Part shown: in pieces, positions 19,262 to 28,171 of the stretch
Layout of the letters: each line of letters begins with the position of its first letter
How positions within the stretch are numbered: the stretch's first letter is position 1
Assembly (NCBI GenBank): GCA_041661605.1
Contig: JBAZUE010000001.1
Location: 66,786 to 128,483, forward strand
Direction: 5' to 3'
Length of the DNA: 61,698 nucleotides
Origin: Candidatus Omnitrophota bacterium
Lineage (GTDB): Bacteria > Omnitrophota > Gorgyraeia > Gygaellales > Profunditerraquicolaceae
The notes under the pieces: model-generated
Databases searched by the model: none
What the model was told of the DNA's origin: nothing
What the model saw: the letters and a program-made list of their open reading frames with translations, nothing else
Made by a program: the position numbers and the translations under genes

Positions 19262-19290
19262 TTGACATGGGCCAGGGATGAAAGTAAGAT
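19262..19290 (+). promoter_or_regulatory. sigma70-type promoter
   Basis: TTGACA (19262-67), 17-bp spacer, TAAGAT (19285-90). Confidence 0.65.
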
Positions 19291-19322
19291 AAATAAGAAA
19301 GTTTATTACCTATGGTGAGAAT

Positions 19323-20360
19323 ATGAAATATAGTAATGTTTTGATTACCGGAGGGGCGGGGTTTATCGGCAGCAACCTGGCGGTATATTTTAAACGAAAA
19401 TATCCGCAGCTTAAAATCTTCGCTTTGGATAATCTTATCCGCAGAGGGAGTGAATTTAATTTACCGCGGCTTAAGGAAAACGGTATTAAGTTTATCCGGG
19501 GAGATGTCAGGTACCCCAAAGATCTGGATTTAAAATTTGATATAGATTTGATATTAGAGTGTTCTGCCGAGCCGTCGGTACTAGCAGGTTATCAGAATCC
19601 ATCTTATATTATTGATACGAATTTAATGGGTACTGTTAACTGTCTTGAGTTGTGCCGTAAGCGTAAAGCAGGGATGATTTTTCTTTCGACAAGCAGGGTT
19701 TATCCCTATGAGCAGATAAACGCGATCAGCCGGCGGGAAACAAAGAGCAGGTTTGAGTGGCTGGGTTTTGGCGGTATTGATACGGATTTTTCTTTGACCG
19801 GAGCAAAGACTTTGTATGGCACGACTAAGTTAGCCTCGGAGTTCATCCTGCAGGAATATGTCGACGCATACGGGATCAAGGCGGTTGTGAACCGCTGCGG
19901 AGTGATTGCCGGGCCATGGCAGTTCGGTAAGGTTGATCAGGGGGTATTTACTTACTGGATGCTGGCGCATTATTTTAAGAGACCGCTTAAATATATCGGT
20001 TTTGGCGGCAAGGGCAAGCAGGTACGCGACCTTTTGCATATTGATGACCTTTGCCGGTTAATCGATATACAGGTAAACAAGCTTGGTAAATTAAGCGGCA
20101 ATACTTATAATGTCGGCGGCGCAAGAGAGGTAAGCCTTTCTTTGGTGGAGACCACCGCGCTTTGCCAGGAGATTACCGGTAATAAGATTAAAGTTGGCCG
20201 GGATTTGCGCCAGCGCCCGGGAGATATTGCGGTGTATCTTACGGATAATAGTAAAGTTACCCGGGAACTAAAATGGAAGCCGCAGAAGCAAGCTCCGGTG
20301 ATCCTGAAGGATATCTTTGATTGGATCAGGAGTAATGAAGCAAAGTTAAGAAAACTCTAA
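19323..20360 (+). CDS. Second RfbE-like NAD-dependent epimerase/dehydratase
   Basis: GGAGFIGS, SAEPSV, STSRVY, YGTTK, RCGVIAGPWQ and GKQVRD motifs. Confidence 0.8.
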   Translation: MKYSNVLITGGAGFIGSNLAVYFKRKYPQLKIFALDNLIRRGSEFNLPRLKENGIKFIRGDVRYPKDLDLKFDIDLILECSAEPSVLAGYQNPSYIIDTNLMGTVNCLELCRKRKAGMIFLSTSRVYPYEQINAISRRETKSRFEWLGFGGIDTDFSLTGAKTLYGTTKLASEFILQEYVDAYGIKAVVNRCGVIAGPWQFGKVDQGVFTYWMLAHYFKRPLKYIGFGGKGKQVRDLLHIDDLCRLIDIQVNKLGKLSGNTYNVGGAREVSLSLVETTALCQEITGNKIKVGRDLRQRPGDIAVYLTDNSKVTRELKWKPQKQAPVILKDIFDWIRSNEAKLRKL

Positions 20361-20402
20361 AGAATAGATCCGGCCCATAGAGTTGCGCCCTCCCTTCGCG
20401 TC

Positions 20403-20453
20403 GTATTTCTTTCCTAACTACTTATCCTTAATACAATTACGTAGACTGTCTAT
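20403..20453 (-). repeat. 51-bp bipartite repeat R7
   Basis: gtatttctttcctaac-tacttatccttaataca-attacgtagactgtctat, 48/51 identical to R8. Confidence 0.9.
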
Positions 20454-20505
20454 ACTCTAGTTAGATTTTATCTCTTGCTCCGTCTATTGGTGCAAGGAGG
20501 TTTAA

Positions 20506-21018
20506 ATGAATAAAAAAGAGATTGCGGTTGAGGTAGTGGCAACGAAGATTTTACTGGTGAGAGGCAGGAAAGTGATGTTGGATAAAGATTTAGCATTACT
20601 ATATGGAGTATCGACTATGAGATTGAATGAGCAGGTAAAAAGAAATAAAGAGAGGTTCCCTGAAGATTTTATGTTTCAACTTACAAAAGAAGAAGCTTCT
20701 AACTTGATATCGCATTTTGCGATATCAAGTTGGGGTGGTAATCGTAAATTACCGTATGTTTTTACGGAACAAGGAGTGGCTATGTTATCTAGTGTGCTGA
20801 ATTCAAAACGAGCAATCCAGGTCAATATAGCTATTATGCGTGCATTCGTGAAATTGCGGGAATTGTTATTAACACATAAGGAGCTAGCAGAAAAACTCGA
20901 GGAGTTAGAGCGTAAATATCAATTACACGAAACAGACATTCAGGCGATATTCGAAGTGATCAAAAAATTGCTTGAGCCTCCACCTGAACCACCAAAACCA
21001 CGATTTGGGTTGAATTAA
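20506..21018 (+). CDS. ORF6N domain DNA-binding protein (phage antirepressor-like)
   Basis: RGRKVMLDKDLALLYGV, LNEQVKRNKERFPEDFMFQLT, LPYVFTEQGVAMLSSVLNSKRAIQVNIAIMRAF. AAGGAGG RBS upstream. Confidence 0.92.
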   Translation: MNKKEIAVEVVATKILLVRGRKVMLDKDLALLYGVSTMRLNEQVKRNKERFPEDFMFQLTKEEASNLISHFAISSWGGNRKLPYVFTEQGVAMLSSVLNSKRAIQVNIAIMRAFVKLRELLLTHKELAEKLEELERKYQLHETDIQAIFEVIKKLLEPPPEPPKPRFGLN

Positions 21019-21028
21019 GAGACCTGCT

Positions 21029-21079
21029 GTATTTCTTTCGTAACTACTTATCCTTAATGCAATTACGTAGACTGTCTAC
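21029..21079 (-). repeat. 51-bp bipartite repeat R8
   Basis: gtatttctttcgtaac-tacttatccttaatgca-attacgtagactgtctac. Confidence 0.9.
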
Positions 21080-21090
21080 TATACTAATTA

Positions 21091-21119
21091 TTGACATAAA
21101 TATGGGATGTAGGTAGAAT
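21091..21119 (+). promoter_or_regulatory. sigma70-type promoter
   Basis: TTGACA (21091-96), 17-bp spacer, TAGAAT (21114-19). Confidence 0.7.
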
Positions 21120-21143
21120 ATAAATGTAATCAGATTTTAAAAT

Positions 21144-21929
21144 ATGCCTATCAAATTCTCGCTTGGCTGTTTTAAAGATCCAATAGACTCCCGCGATATC
21201 CCCATGGGGCTAGTTTTACCCATAATCCCAATCCCCGTAAGTTTTGACTTCACCAAATTAATGAGCCCGGTTAGAAATCAAGGAAACGAAGGGACTTGTG
21301 TTGCTTTTGCTTCGGTTGTTGGTGTTAAGGAATTTCAGGATAAAAAAGAATATCGTAAACTCATCAAGCTTTCCCCGCGTTTTCTTTATAATCTGTGCAA
21401 GAAATTTGACGGCGCTCCATTTGAAGAAGGCACTTATCCGCGTATCGCGATGAAGGTGTTATTAAATCACGGTGTTTGCCATGAATCTTTATGGCCGTAT
21501 GCTCCGCATCAAAAAAGCCTTCCCTTAAAAGGCGCAGATAAAGACGCGAAGAAGTTTAAGATCAAGGCCTATGCCCGGCTTAACTCGCAGCTTGAAATGA
21601 AACGCAGCCTCGTCGTAAATGGTCCTTTTCTTGCCGGAGTAAATGTATATAAATCCTGGTTTAATAAAAGTGTAGAGAAAAACGGTTTTGTCCCTATGCC
21701 CAAACGCAATGAAAAACTGATGGGAGGGCATGCCATTTGCATTGTTGGCTATGATGATAAGTTCAAAGTTTTTAAGTTTAAGAATTCCTGGGGCGCAAAA
21801 TGGGCGGATAGGGGTTATGGGTATCTGCCATATGAATATATCAAGAAATATTGCAGCGATGCCTGGAGCGCCACGGATTTAATTGAAAACCCGAAAGCCT
21901 TGGTCAAATCAATGCAGGCTTCAATGTAG
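21144..21929 (+). CDS. Papain-like C1 family cysteine peptidase
   Basis: VRNQGNEGTCVAF (oxyanion Gln and catalytic Cys), LSPRFLY, GGHAICIVGY (His), KNSWG (Asn) and WADRGYGYLPY. Confidence 0.9.
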   Translation: MPIKFSLGCFKDPIDSRDIPMGLVLPIIPIPVSFDFTKLMSPVRNQGNEGTCVAFASVVGVKEFQDKKEYRKLIKLSPRFLYNLCKKFDGAPFEEGTYPRIAMKVLLNHGVCHESLWPYAPHQKSLPLKGADKDAKKFKIKAYARLNSQLEMKRSLVVNGPFLAGVNVYKSWFNKSVEKNGFVPMPKRNEKLMGGHAICIVGYDDKFKVFKFKNSWGAKWADRGYGYLPYEYIKKYCSDAWSATDLIENPKALVKSMQASM

Positions 21930-21938
21930 GAGGTGGAT

Positions 21939-22103
21939 ATGGATAATGAAGGCGGATTCTTGGTTAAGTTTGACGGAAAAAAGTCTCTTCGCTGCTACAA
22001 GATAGAATTTGACTATGACGAATGGCAATATATCGTTAACGGGACAGAAAAGAAAGAACTGCCTCCTTGTGTAAAAAATATAACTATTAAAGTAGAGGGG
22101 TAA
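21939..22103 (+). CDS. Unannotated 54-aa hypothetical protein
   Basis: AGGAGG RBS overlapping the peptidase stop. ATG 21939 to TAA 22103 encodes MDNEGGFLVKFDGKKSLRCYKIEFDYDEWQYIVNGTEKKELPPCVKNITIKVEG, below the ORF-track cutoff. Confidence 0.65.
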   Translation: MDNEGGFLVKFDGKKSLRCYKIEFDYDEWQYIVNGTEKKELPPCVKNITIKVEG

Positions 22104-22130
22104 TAATCTGCGCAGGTGGTGGAACATTAA

Positions 22131-22181
22131 GTATTTCTTTTGTAAGTATATATTGTTTATGAGGTTACATAGACTGTCTAT
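22131..22181 (-). repeat. 51-bp bipartite repeat R9
   Basis: gtatttcttttgtaag-N17-gttacatagactgtctat. Confidence 0.85.
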
Positions 22182-22190
22182 GAATATGAC

Positions 22191-22248
22191 TTGACAAAGT
22201 GTAGTTTATCGTGCATACTTGTTTCTGTAGATATATAAAATTATATAT
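22191..22248 (+). promoter_or_regulatory. abiE promoter and candidate autoregulatory inverted repeat
   Basis: TTGACA (22191-96), 17-bp spacer, CATACT (22214-19). Perfect inverted repeat atatataa-aa-ttatatat at 22231-48. Confidence 0.55.
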
Positions 22249-22256
22249 ATAAAGAA

Positions 22257-22898
22257 ATGAAGCTTACAGAATTTGTTAAAAAATACAGCAAGGAACAGGT
22301 TATTGATTCTTCAACCTTTTCTTTGCTTGGCGAGGATCCGCAGAATATCCGCTGCCAGGTACAATATTGGCGCAGGCAGGGGCACCTTATTCTGCTTAAG
22401 CGCGGAGTTTACGTCTTAAGCAATGACCTTAGAAAACAGCCGTTATCTATGGGGTTTATTTCAAACTTTTTATTTTCGCCATCATATATCAGCCTTGAGT
22501 ATGCCTTGAGTTATTATGATTTAATCCCGGAGGCAGCAATGGTTTATACTTCTGTTTCAACTAAGAAAACAACAAAATTTAATACTCCTTTGGGAGTTTT
22601 TGAATACCGTTCAATCAAGGAAGAACTTTTTTTTGGGTTTACTAAAGCAACGGATGAAGGGCAGAATTATTTTATTGCTTATCCCGAGAAAGCGATCCTG
22701 GATTTTTTCTATTTTCATCAAGATATGGATGGAAGCGAGAGCGAATTTGAATCCTATAGGTTTCAAAACCTGGAAAGCCTGAATTTAAAGCGTTTTAATG
22801 AATTTAGAGGTAAATATAATAAGAAAACTAATGATATTGCTCGGTCATTCGCCGGTTTTATTAAATCAGGCAAGATGAGGTATAAAACACTTAGATGA
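22257..22898 (+). CDS. abiEi: Type IV TA antitoxin AbiEi-like
   Basis: N-terminal wHTH (LILLKRGVY), SYISLEYALSYYDLIPE and IAYPEKAILD. Overlaps the downstream nucleotidyltransferase gene. Confidence 0.82.
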   Translation: MKLTEFVKKYSKEQVIDSSTFSLLGEDPQNIRCQVQYWRRQGHLILLKRGVYVLSNDLRKQPLSMGFISNFLFSPSYISLEYALSYYDLIPEAAMVYTSVSTKKTTKFNTPLGVFEYRSIKEELFFGFTKATDEGQNYFIAYPEKAILDFFYFHQDMDGSESEFESYRFQNLESLNLKRFNEFRGKYNKKTNDIARSFAGFIKSGKMRYKTLR

Positions 22899-23701
22899 GA
22901 GATTACATTAAATCAGTTGTTGATCCTAATTTGACGCGAAATCAAAACCTTAACCGAATCAGGGAATATTTGCAGACATATTTCCTTAATATTATCTATA
23001 AAAATAAATTTTATCAAAATCTTGTTTTTACGGGCGGGACCGCTTTACGGTTTATTTACAAGATCAGGCGGTTTTCCGAGGATCTTGATTTCAGTTTGTC
23101 AGCCAAGGCCAGGAATTATAATTTTACCGATATGGTGGAGAATATCTTACAGGAGTTTAAGTTAGCCGGATACGATCTGGAGATTAAATATGATGAAAGC
23201 CGCGCCGTGCACAGCGCTTTATTGAAATTCTCAGGTATTCTTTTTGAAACCGGCTTGAGCCCTTTGAAAGGGCAGAAAATTGCCATTAAGGCGGAGGTTG
23301 ATTCCAACCCGCCTTTGGGTGGAATTGAAACCAGCAGTGTGTATAATTCAAATTTTATGTTTTATATGCTGCACTATGATTTAGCTTCTTTATTTGCCGG
23401 TAAAGTGCACGCGCTTTTATGCCGTGAGTACACTAAGGGCAGGGATTGGTATGATTTGTTATGGTATCTGACAAAATTTAAAGACTTAGAGCCGAATTTT
23501 ATTATGCTCAATAACGCTTTTGCTCAGACATCCCGGAAGCCGGTTAAGCTTACCGTTGATAACTGGAAAGCAGAAATCAAGAAAACCGTGGAAACTTTAG
23601 ACTGGGCAAAGGTCAGAAATGATGTCAGTTGGTTACTTGAGGATAGCAGTGAGCTTGGCTTGCTTGAGTCAAAAACTTTCGTCAATTTGCTTAAAGAATA
23701 A
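22895..23701 (+). CDS. abiEii: Type IV TA toxin AbiEii nucleotidyltransferase
   Basis: FTGGTAL, RFSEDLDF, KVHALL and KGRDWYD motifs. Confidence 0.9.
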   Translation: MRDYIKSVVDPNLTRNQNLNRIREYLQTYFLNIIYKNKFYQNLVFTGGTALRFIYKIRRFSEDLDFSLSAKARNYNFTDMVENILQEFKLAGYDLEIKYDESRAVHSALLKFSGILFETGLSPLKGQKIAIKAEVDSNPPLGGIETSSVYNSNFMFYMLHYDLASLFAGKVHALLCREYTKGRDWYDLLWYLTKFKDLEPNFIMLNNAFAQTSRKPVKLTVDNWKAEIKKTVETLDWAKVRNDVSWLLEDSSELGLLESKTFVNLLKE

Positions 23702-23722
23702 TTCACAAATCAGAAATACGTA

Positions 23723-23773
23723 ATATTTCTTTCGCAACCGCTTAATTTTGATAGGATTACGTACACTGTCTAT
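23723..23773 (-). repeat. 51-bp bipartite repeat R10
   Basis: atatttctttcgcaac-N17-attacgtacactgtctat. Confidence 0.85.
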
Positions 23774-23779
23774 TGAGAT

Positions 23780-24553
23780 ATGATTAAGCCAAAGGATACC
23801 CTGCGTAAACGTTTTATCGCCGCTGAATCCGACTATCTCGTTATTGAAACCATTCAAACATTGTCATCGCGAGGCTGCCAAGGGCAGCCGAAGCAATCTC
23901 GTCTCCGTATCCTCAAGCTTAAAGGCACCTGGCACGCCAATGATTATAATGAACTTTGCTTTGAAGTTACCTTGCGCAAAGGCCCGCCTGAAACCTATAC
24001 CTTTAAAGGAAGCTGGAAGTTAAACAACAACCAGCAGATTGAATATACAACTGAAGATGGCCGCGATACTTTAACTTTTAAAGGTTGTTGGGATATATCT
24101 TCGGCTAATCGCCTTGTTTATATACTTGAAGGCAGCTCAACCTCGCGCTTTGAATTCAAAGTCCAGCTTGAATCACCAGTAGTCTATCCTAAAAAAGGAG
24201 AGATCCGCTATCGTATCGGCATAGGAATCCGCCAAAGCCACCTGACCGCACCTGGCCAGTTACTTATTCTCTACGGAGAATGGAGGTTTGGCCGCAATTT
24301 AGGGCTTACCTTTCAGATGTATTATGGCCAGGGGGTGGTTAGGGCAATAGAGTTTGGGGCAGAGGTTACCTTTGGCCGCAATAAGGCTATTTTCGCGCTC
24401 AAAAATGAGTTTGGTAAGTCTTTAGGTATAACTCTCACCATGACGCATAAATTCTTAGAACATTTTGACGCTGAAGCCTTTATCAAACTGAAATCCCGTC
24501 ACAATGAACATAGCGAACAGGCAATAGAAGTCGGAATCACCATTCCGTTTTAG
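23780..24553 (+). CDS. Hypothetical beta-rich protein with GxW repeats
   Basis: 257 aa with four [LF]xGxW units and a C-terminal Phe. A decayed paralog lies at 29584-30311. Confidence 0.7.
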   Translation: MIKPKDTLRKRFIAAESDYLVIETIQTLSSRGCQGQPKQSRLRILKLKGTWHANDYNELCFEVTLRKGPPETYTFKGSWKLNNNQQIEYTTEDGRDTLTFKGCWDISSANRLVYILEGSSTSRFEFKVQLESPVVYPKKGEIRYRIGIGIRQSHLTAPGQLLILYGEWRFGRNLGLTFQMYYGQGVVRAIEFGAEVTFGRNKAIFALKNEFGKSLGITLTMTHKFLEHFDAEAFIKLKSRHNEHSEQAIEVGITIPF

Positions 24554-24574
24554 AATTAAACAAAACTTGCTCAA

Positions 24575-24625
24575 GTGTTTCTTTTGTAACCACCTAGTAT
24601 TAATGAGATTACGTGCGCTGTCTAT
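24575..24625 (-). repeat. 51-bp bipartite repeat R11
   Basis: gtgtttcttttgtaac-N17-attacgtgcgctgtctat. Confidence 0.8.
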
Positions 24626-24725
24626 GATTTTATGATTTTTACAATTTTAGGATTTGTGGTATTATAGAGATTAATTGGAAGTAGATTGAGAATTGTAGAG
24701 ATTGGTAAACAATTAGTCGAACTAA

Positions 24726-26354
24726 GTGGAAAATTTAATTAAAAATAATCAGTATAACATAGGTCATATCTGTACAAGGTTGCAGTGCGAAATTGGCAAT
24801 GCAGATAAGATTTCGATGCGTTGGATAACTCCGGATATGCAGCATGTCGATTATAGCTTTAATGATCTTGAAGACCAATCAAACAAATGTGCAAATGTTT
24901 TGCAATCACTAAGTCTCTCCAAGGGCGATATTATGTTTACCCTTCTTCCTAAAATACCTGAGCAGTTCTTTGTCTTATTGGGCGCGCTAAAATTACAGCT
25001 TATCGTCAGTCCATTATTTGCCAATTTCGGAGAAGAAGCCATACTTGATCGGATGGGTGATGCATGCGCTAAGGTATTGGTCACTAAAAAGAGCTTTTTA
25101 AGAAAGATCGAAAAGATAAAAAACCATTTGTTTCACTTAAAGTACGTAATCGTTGTTGATAGCGAAAGTGATTTGCCGTCTGACGTTTTAAGTTACCCGG
25201 CATTGATAAAAAATGCGAAAAGTGTTTTTGAAACTCCGCTAACCGGTAAAGATACACCGTCTCTTTTACATTATACTTCAGGCTCGACAGGAAAACCGAA
25301 AGGCGTTCTACATGTCCATGGTGGCATAATTACCATTAATCAGACAACAAAAGAAATACTGGGTCTCAAAGAAAACGATAAATATTGGTGTACTGCTGAT
25401 CAAGGATGGGTTACGGGAACGTCATATGGCATGATAGGGCCGTGGAGCCTGGGAATTACCCAGATCCATTTTAGCGGTCAATACAGTCCGGGAATATGGT
25501 TTACGATATTAGAAAAAGAGAAGATAAATGTCTGGTATACGGCGCCTACAGCGCTCAGAATGCTAATGAAAGAGGACTCCGCACTCTTCAAGAAATTTAA
25601 TCTGAAGGAGCTGCGACACATCTGTAGCGTCGGCGAGCCGCTGAATCCTGAAGTCATAAACTGGTCGCGCAAAATATTGGCTAAAGAGACCTACGATACG
25701 TGGTTTATGACTGAAACCGGAGCGATCATGATCGCTAACCGTCTCGGTATTGATGTAAAGCCTGGCTCCATGGGAAAGCCGATCGAAGGCATGGAAGTGG
25801 CTATTCTTACTGATAAAGGGGAGCTGGCTCAGAGTAATCAGCGCGGTATTTTATGTTTAAAAGCAGGATGGGAATCTATGTTCGTTACCTATCTTAATAA
25901 CGAGGAAGCTTATAAACAAAAGTTCAAGGATGGCTACTATTATTCCGGGGATGTTGCTTTTATGGATAAGGAAGGATATTATTGGTTTGCTGGGCGGAAG
26001 GACGATGTTATTAACACTGCCGGCCATCTTGTAGGGCCTTTTGAGGTTGAGAGCGCGTTACTTGAAATCGAAGAGGTAGAGGAGGTGGCTGTGATCGGCG
26101 CATCCGATGAAATACTATACGAAAAGATAGTGGCATTTATCAAGCTAAAATCAGGTAATATTTATAATAAAGAGCTGGAGCTTAAGATTCAGGTACACAT
26201 CGCTAACAAGGTGTCAACAATAGCTGTTCCGCAGGATATTGTGGTTGTAGAGGGCATCCCAAAGACCAGGAGCGGCAAGATTATGAGAAGGGTGCTGAAG
26301 GCGCAGTATCTGGGCCAGGATGCAGGCGACCTTTCAACTATGGAGGAATTCTAG
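24726..26354 (+). CDS. AcsA-like acetate/acyl--CoA (or carrier protein) ligase, AMP-binding family
   Basis: YTSGSTGKPKG, WCTADQGW, SVGEPLNP, DTWFMTETG and TRSGKIMRR motifs. Confidence 0.85.
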   Translation: MENLIKNNQYNIGHICTRLQCEIGNADKISMRWITPDMQHVDYSFNDLEDQSNKCANVLQSLSLSKGDIMFTLLPKIPEQFFVLLGALKLQLIVSPLFANFGEEAILDRMGDACAKVLVTKKSFLRKIEKIKNHLFHLKYVIVVDSESDLPSDVLSYPALIKNAKSVFETPLTGKDTPSLLHYTSGSTGKPKGVLHVHGGIITINQTTKEILGLKENDKYWCTADQGWVTGTSYGMIGPWSLGITQIHFSGQYSPGIWFTILEKEKINVWYTAPTALRMLMKEDSALFKKFNLKELRHICSVGEPLNPEVINWSRKILAKETYDTWFMTETGAIMIANRLGIDVKPGSMGKPIEGMEVAILTDKGELAQSNQRGILCLKAGWESMFVTYLNNEEAYKQKFKDGYYYSGDVAFMDKEGYYWFAGRKDDVINTAGHLVGPFEVESALLEIEEVEEVAVIGASDEILYEKIVAFIKLKSGNIYNKELELKIQVHIANKVSTIAVPQDIVVVEGIPKTRSGKIMRRVLKAQYLGQDAGDLSTMEEF

Positions 26355-26356
26355 TA

Positions 26357-26593
26357 ATGGACGTCAGGGATAAAATGAACGGGATATTCCGGGAAGTTTT
26401 CAATGACGATACCATACAAATAAAGCCCGAAACGACAGCTAATGACATTGAAGGCTGGGATTCGTTTTCGCATGTTACTCTTATTACAGCTATTGAAATA
26501 AGGTTTAATATAAAGTTTAGCATAAAGGAGTTTATGTCTTTTAAGAGCGTAGGGGATTTAATTAGGTGCATTGAGCGAAAAGTAGTAGTTTAA
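26357..26593 (+). CDS. Acyl carrier protein
   Basis: 78 aa, acidic, with the IEGWDSFSHV phosphopantetheine-Ser motif. Confidence 0.88.
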   Translation: MDVRDKMNGIFREVFNDDTIQIKPETTANDIEGWDSFSHVTLITAIEIRFNIKFSIKEFMSFKSVGDLIRCIERKVVV

Positions 26594-26623
26594 TTATCTT
26601 AATAAAGAAAGTAGAAGCCCGCC

Positions 26624-28066
26624 ATGCTATTTAAATTTATACAATTTTTAGTATTTTTTGCAGCCGTCTATATCCCATATCTTTTCCTCAATCATAAATG
26701 GCAGAATAGGCTGCTTCTTGTAGCAAGCTGCATATTTTACGCTGCCTGGGACTGGAGATTTATATTTCTGATATTCGTTTCGATAACTATTGATTACTTC
26801 TGCGGATTAAGGATCGATAAGTCGGACAACGACAAAGTAAGGAAGTATTTTTTATTATTAAGCATATTTGTAAATCTCTCTATCCTTGGTTTTTTCAAGT
26901 ATTTTAACTTCTTCATAGCTAATTTTTCCCGGCTTATAAATCATCTCGGGTTTTCCATACATCCGCAGATGCTTAATATACTACTGCCTTTGGGCATTTC
27001 TTTCTATACGTTTAAGACCATAAGCTATACCATTGATGTCTATACGGAGAAGATCAAGCCTACCAGAAGCTACCGGGATTACGCGCTCTTTGTAAGTTTC
27101 TTTCCGCTTATTCTGGCGGGGCCCATCATGAGGGCAGGGGATCTTCTTCGCCAAATAGCATCTCCGCGCAAGGTGCAGCTCGAAGGGTTCTACAAGGAGG
27201 GCTGCTATCTTATATTTTGGGGGGGATTCCAAAAATTTTTTGTTGCGGATAATTTAGCTATAATAGCTAATAAGTTATTTAATCCATCACCGCCATATAA
27301 CGGTATCATGGTTCTTTTGGCAGCCTATGCTTTTGCATTTCAAATATATTGCGACTTTGCCGGGTATTCTAATATAGCCAGAGGCTTGGGTAAATGCATG
27401 GGCTTTGATATTATGGTCAATTTTAACTTACCCTATTTTGCCACAAATCCCCAAGATTTTTGGAACAGGTGGCATATTTCCCTGTCAAATTGGCTACGCG
27501 AGTACCTTTACAATCCTATCTCTTTTAGCCTGAGACGGTGGGGTGTCTGGGGGGTAAGCATTGCTTTGATGGCCACGTTCCTTCTTTGCGGGCTTTGGCA
27601 TGGCGCATACTGGAATTATATTATATGGGGAGGGTACTGGGGGATACTGCTTATATCATATGCACTACTCAGGCCTTTGCTTGCAAAGATTCCTAATCCC
27701 AAAAAAGCCATATTTCAAAAGGTATGGTTTTTTATAAGAGTCATATTTTTCTTTCATGTCATATGCTTTGGATGGGTCATCTTCAAGGCGGAGGGGAATG
27801 CAACTAAAGCTTTCAGTATGCTGCAAAGTTTATTTTGTAATTTCCATTGGGGCAGAGGAGTTGACATAAAATATAGTGCTATGGGCATGATTTCATTTTT
27901 ATGGTTGTTAGGGATCGTCGAGATAGTGCAATATTGGAAGAATGATCCAATGGTAGTTTATAAATCCAACAGTATATTAAAGGTGTGTTTTTGTATTCTA
28001 TGCCTTTATTTGCTATTATCGTGCGGAGTTGCTAGTGAGGGAAGTTTTATTTACTTTCAATTTTAA
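26624..28066 (+). CDS. MBOAT O-acyltransferase (AlgI/DltB type)
   Basis: LPLGISFYTF, YCDFAGYS, FWNRWHISLSNWLREY and GLWHGA (catalytic His). Confidence 0.93.
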   Translation: MLFKFIQFLVFFAAVYIPYLFLNHKWQNRLLLVASCIFYAAWDWRFIFLIFVSITIDYFCGLRIDKSDNDKVRKYFLLLSIFVNLSILGFFKYFNFFIANFSRLINHLGFSIHPQMLNILLPLGISFYTFKTISYTIDVYTEKIKPTRSYRDYALFVSFFPLILAGPIMRAGDLLRQIASPRKVQLEGFYKEGCYLIFWGGFQKFFVADNLAIIANKLFNPSPPYNGIMVLLAAYAFAFQIYCDFAGYSNIARGLGKCMGFDIMVNFNLPYFATNPQDFWNRWHISLSNWLREYLYNPISFSLRRWGVWGVSIALMATFLLCGLWHGAYWNYIIWGGYWGILLISYALLRPLLAKIPNPKKAIFQKVWFFIRVIFFFHVICFGWVIFKAEGNATKAFSMLQSLFCNFHWGRGVDIKYSAMGMISFLWLLGIVEIVQYWKNDPMVVYKSNSILKVCFCILCLYLLLSCGVASEGSFIYFQF

Positions 28067-28171
28067 GAAACTTCCCAAGGCTGCAACAATAGATATTTAT
28101 AAATACTATTAAGTGAGGATGGGTTATGGTTTTTATTGATAATGTTCTTCAGGATTTAAGGTATTTGGGGT

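Noticed and set aside
19204-24625. CRISPR array interpretation of the 51-bp repeats
   Set aside because: Inter-repeat distances are 0.6-1.5 kb and contain whole genes, copies are degenerate and in both orientations, and there are no cas genes.
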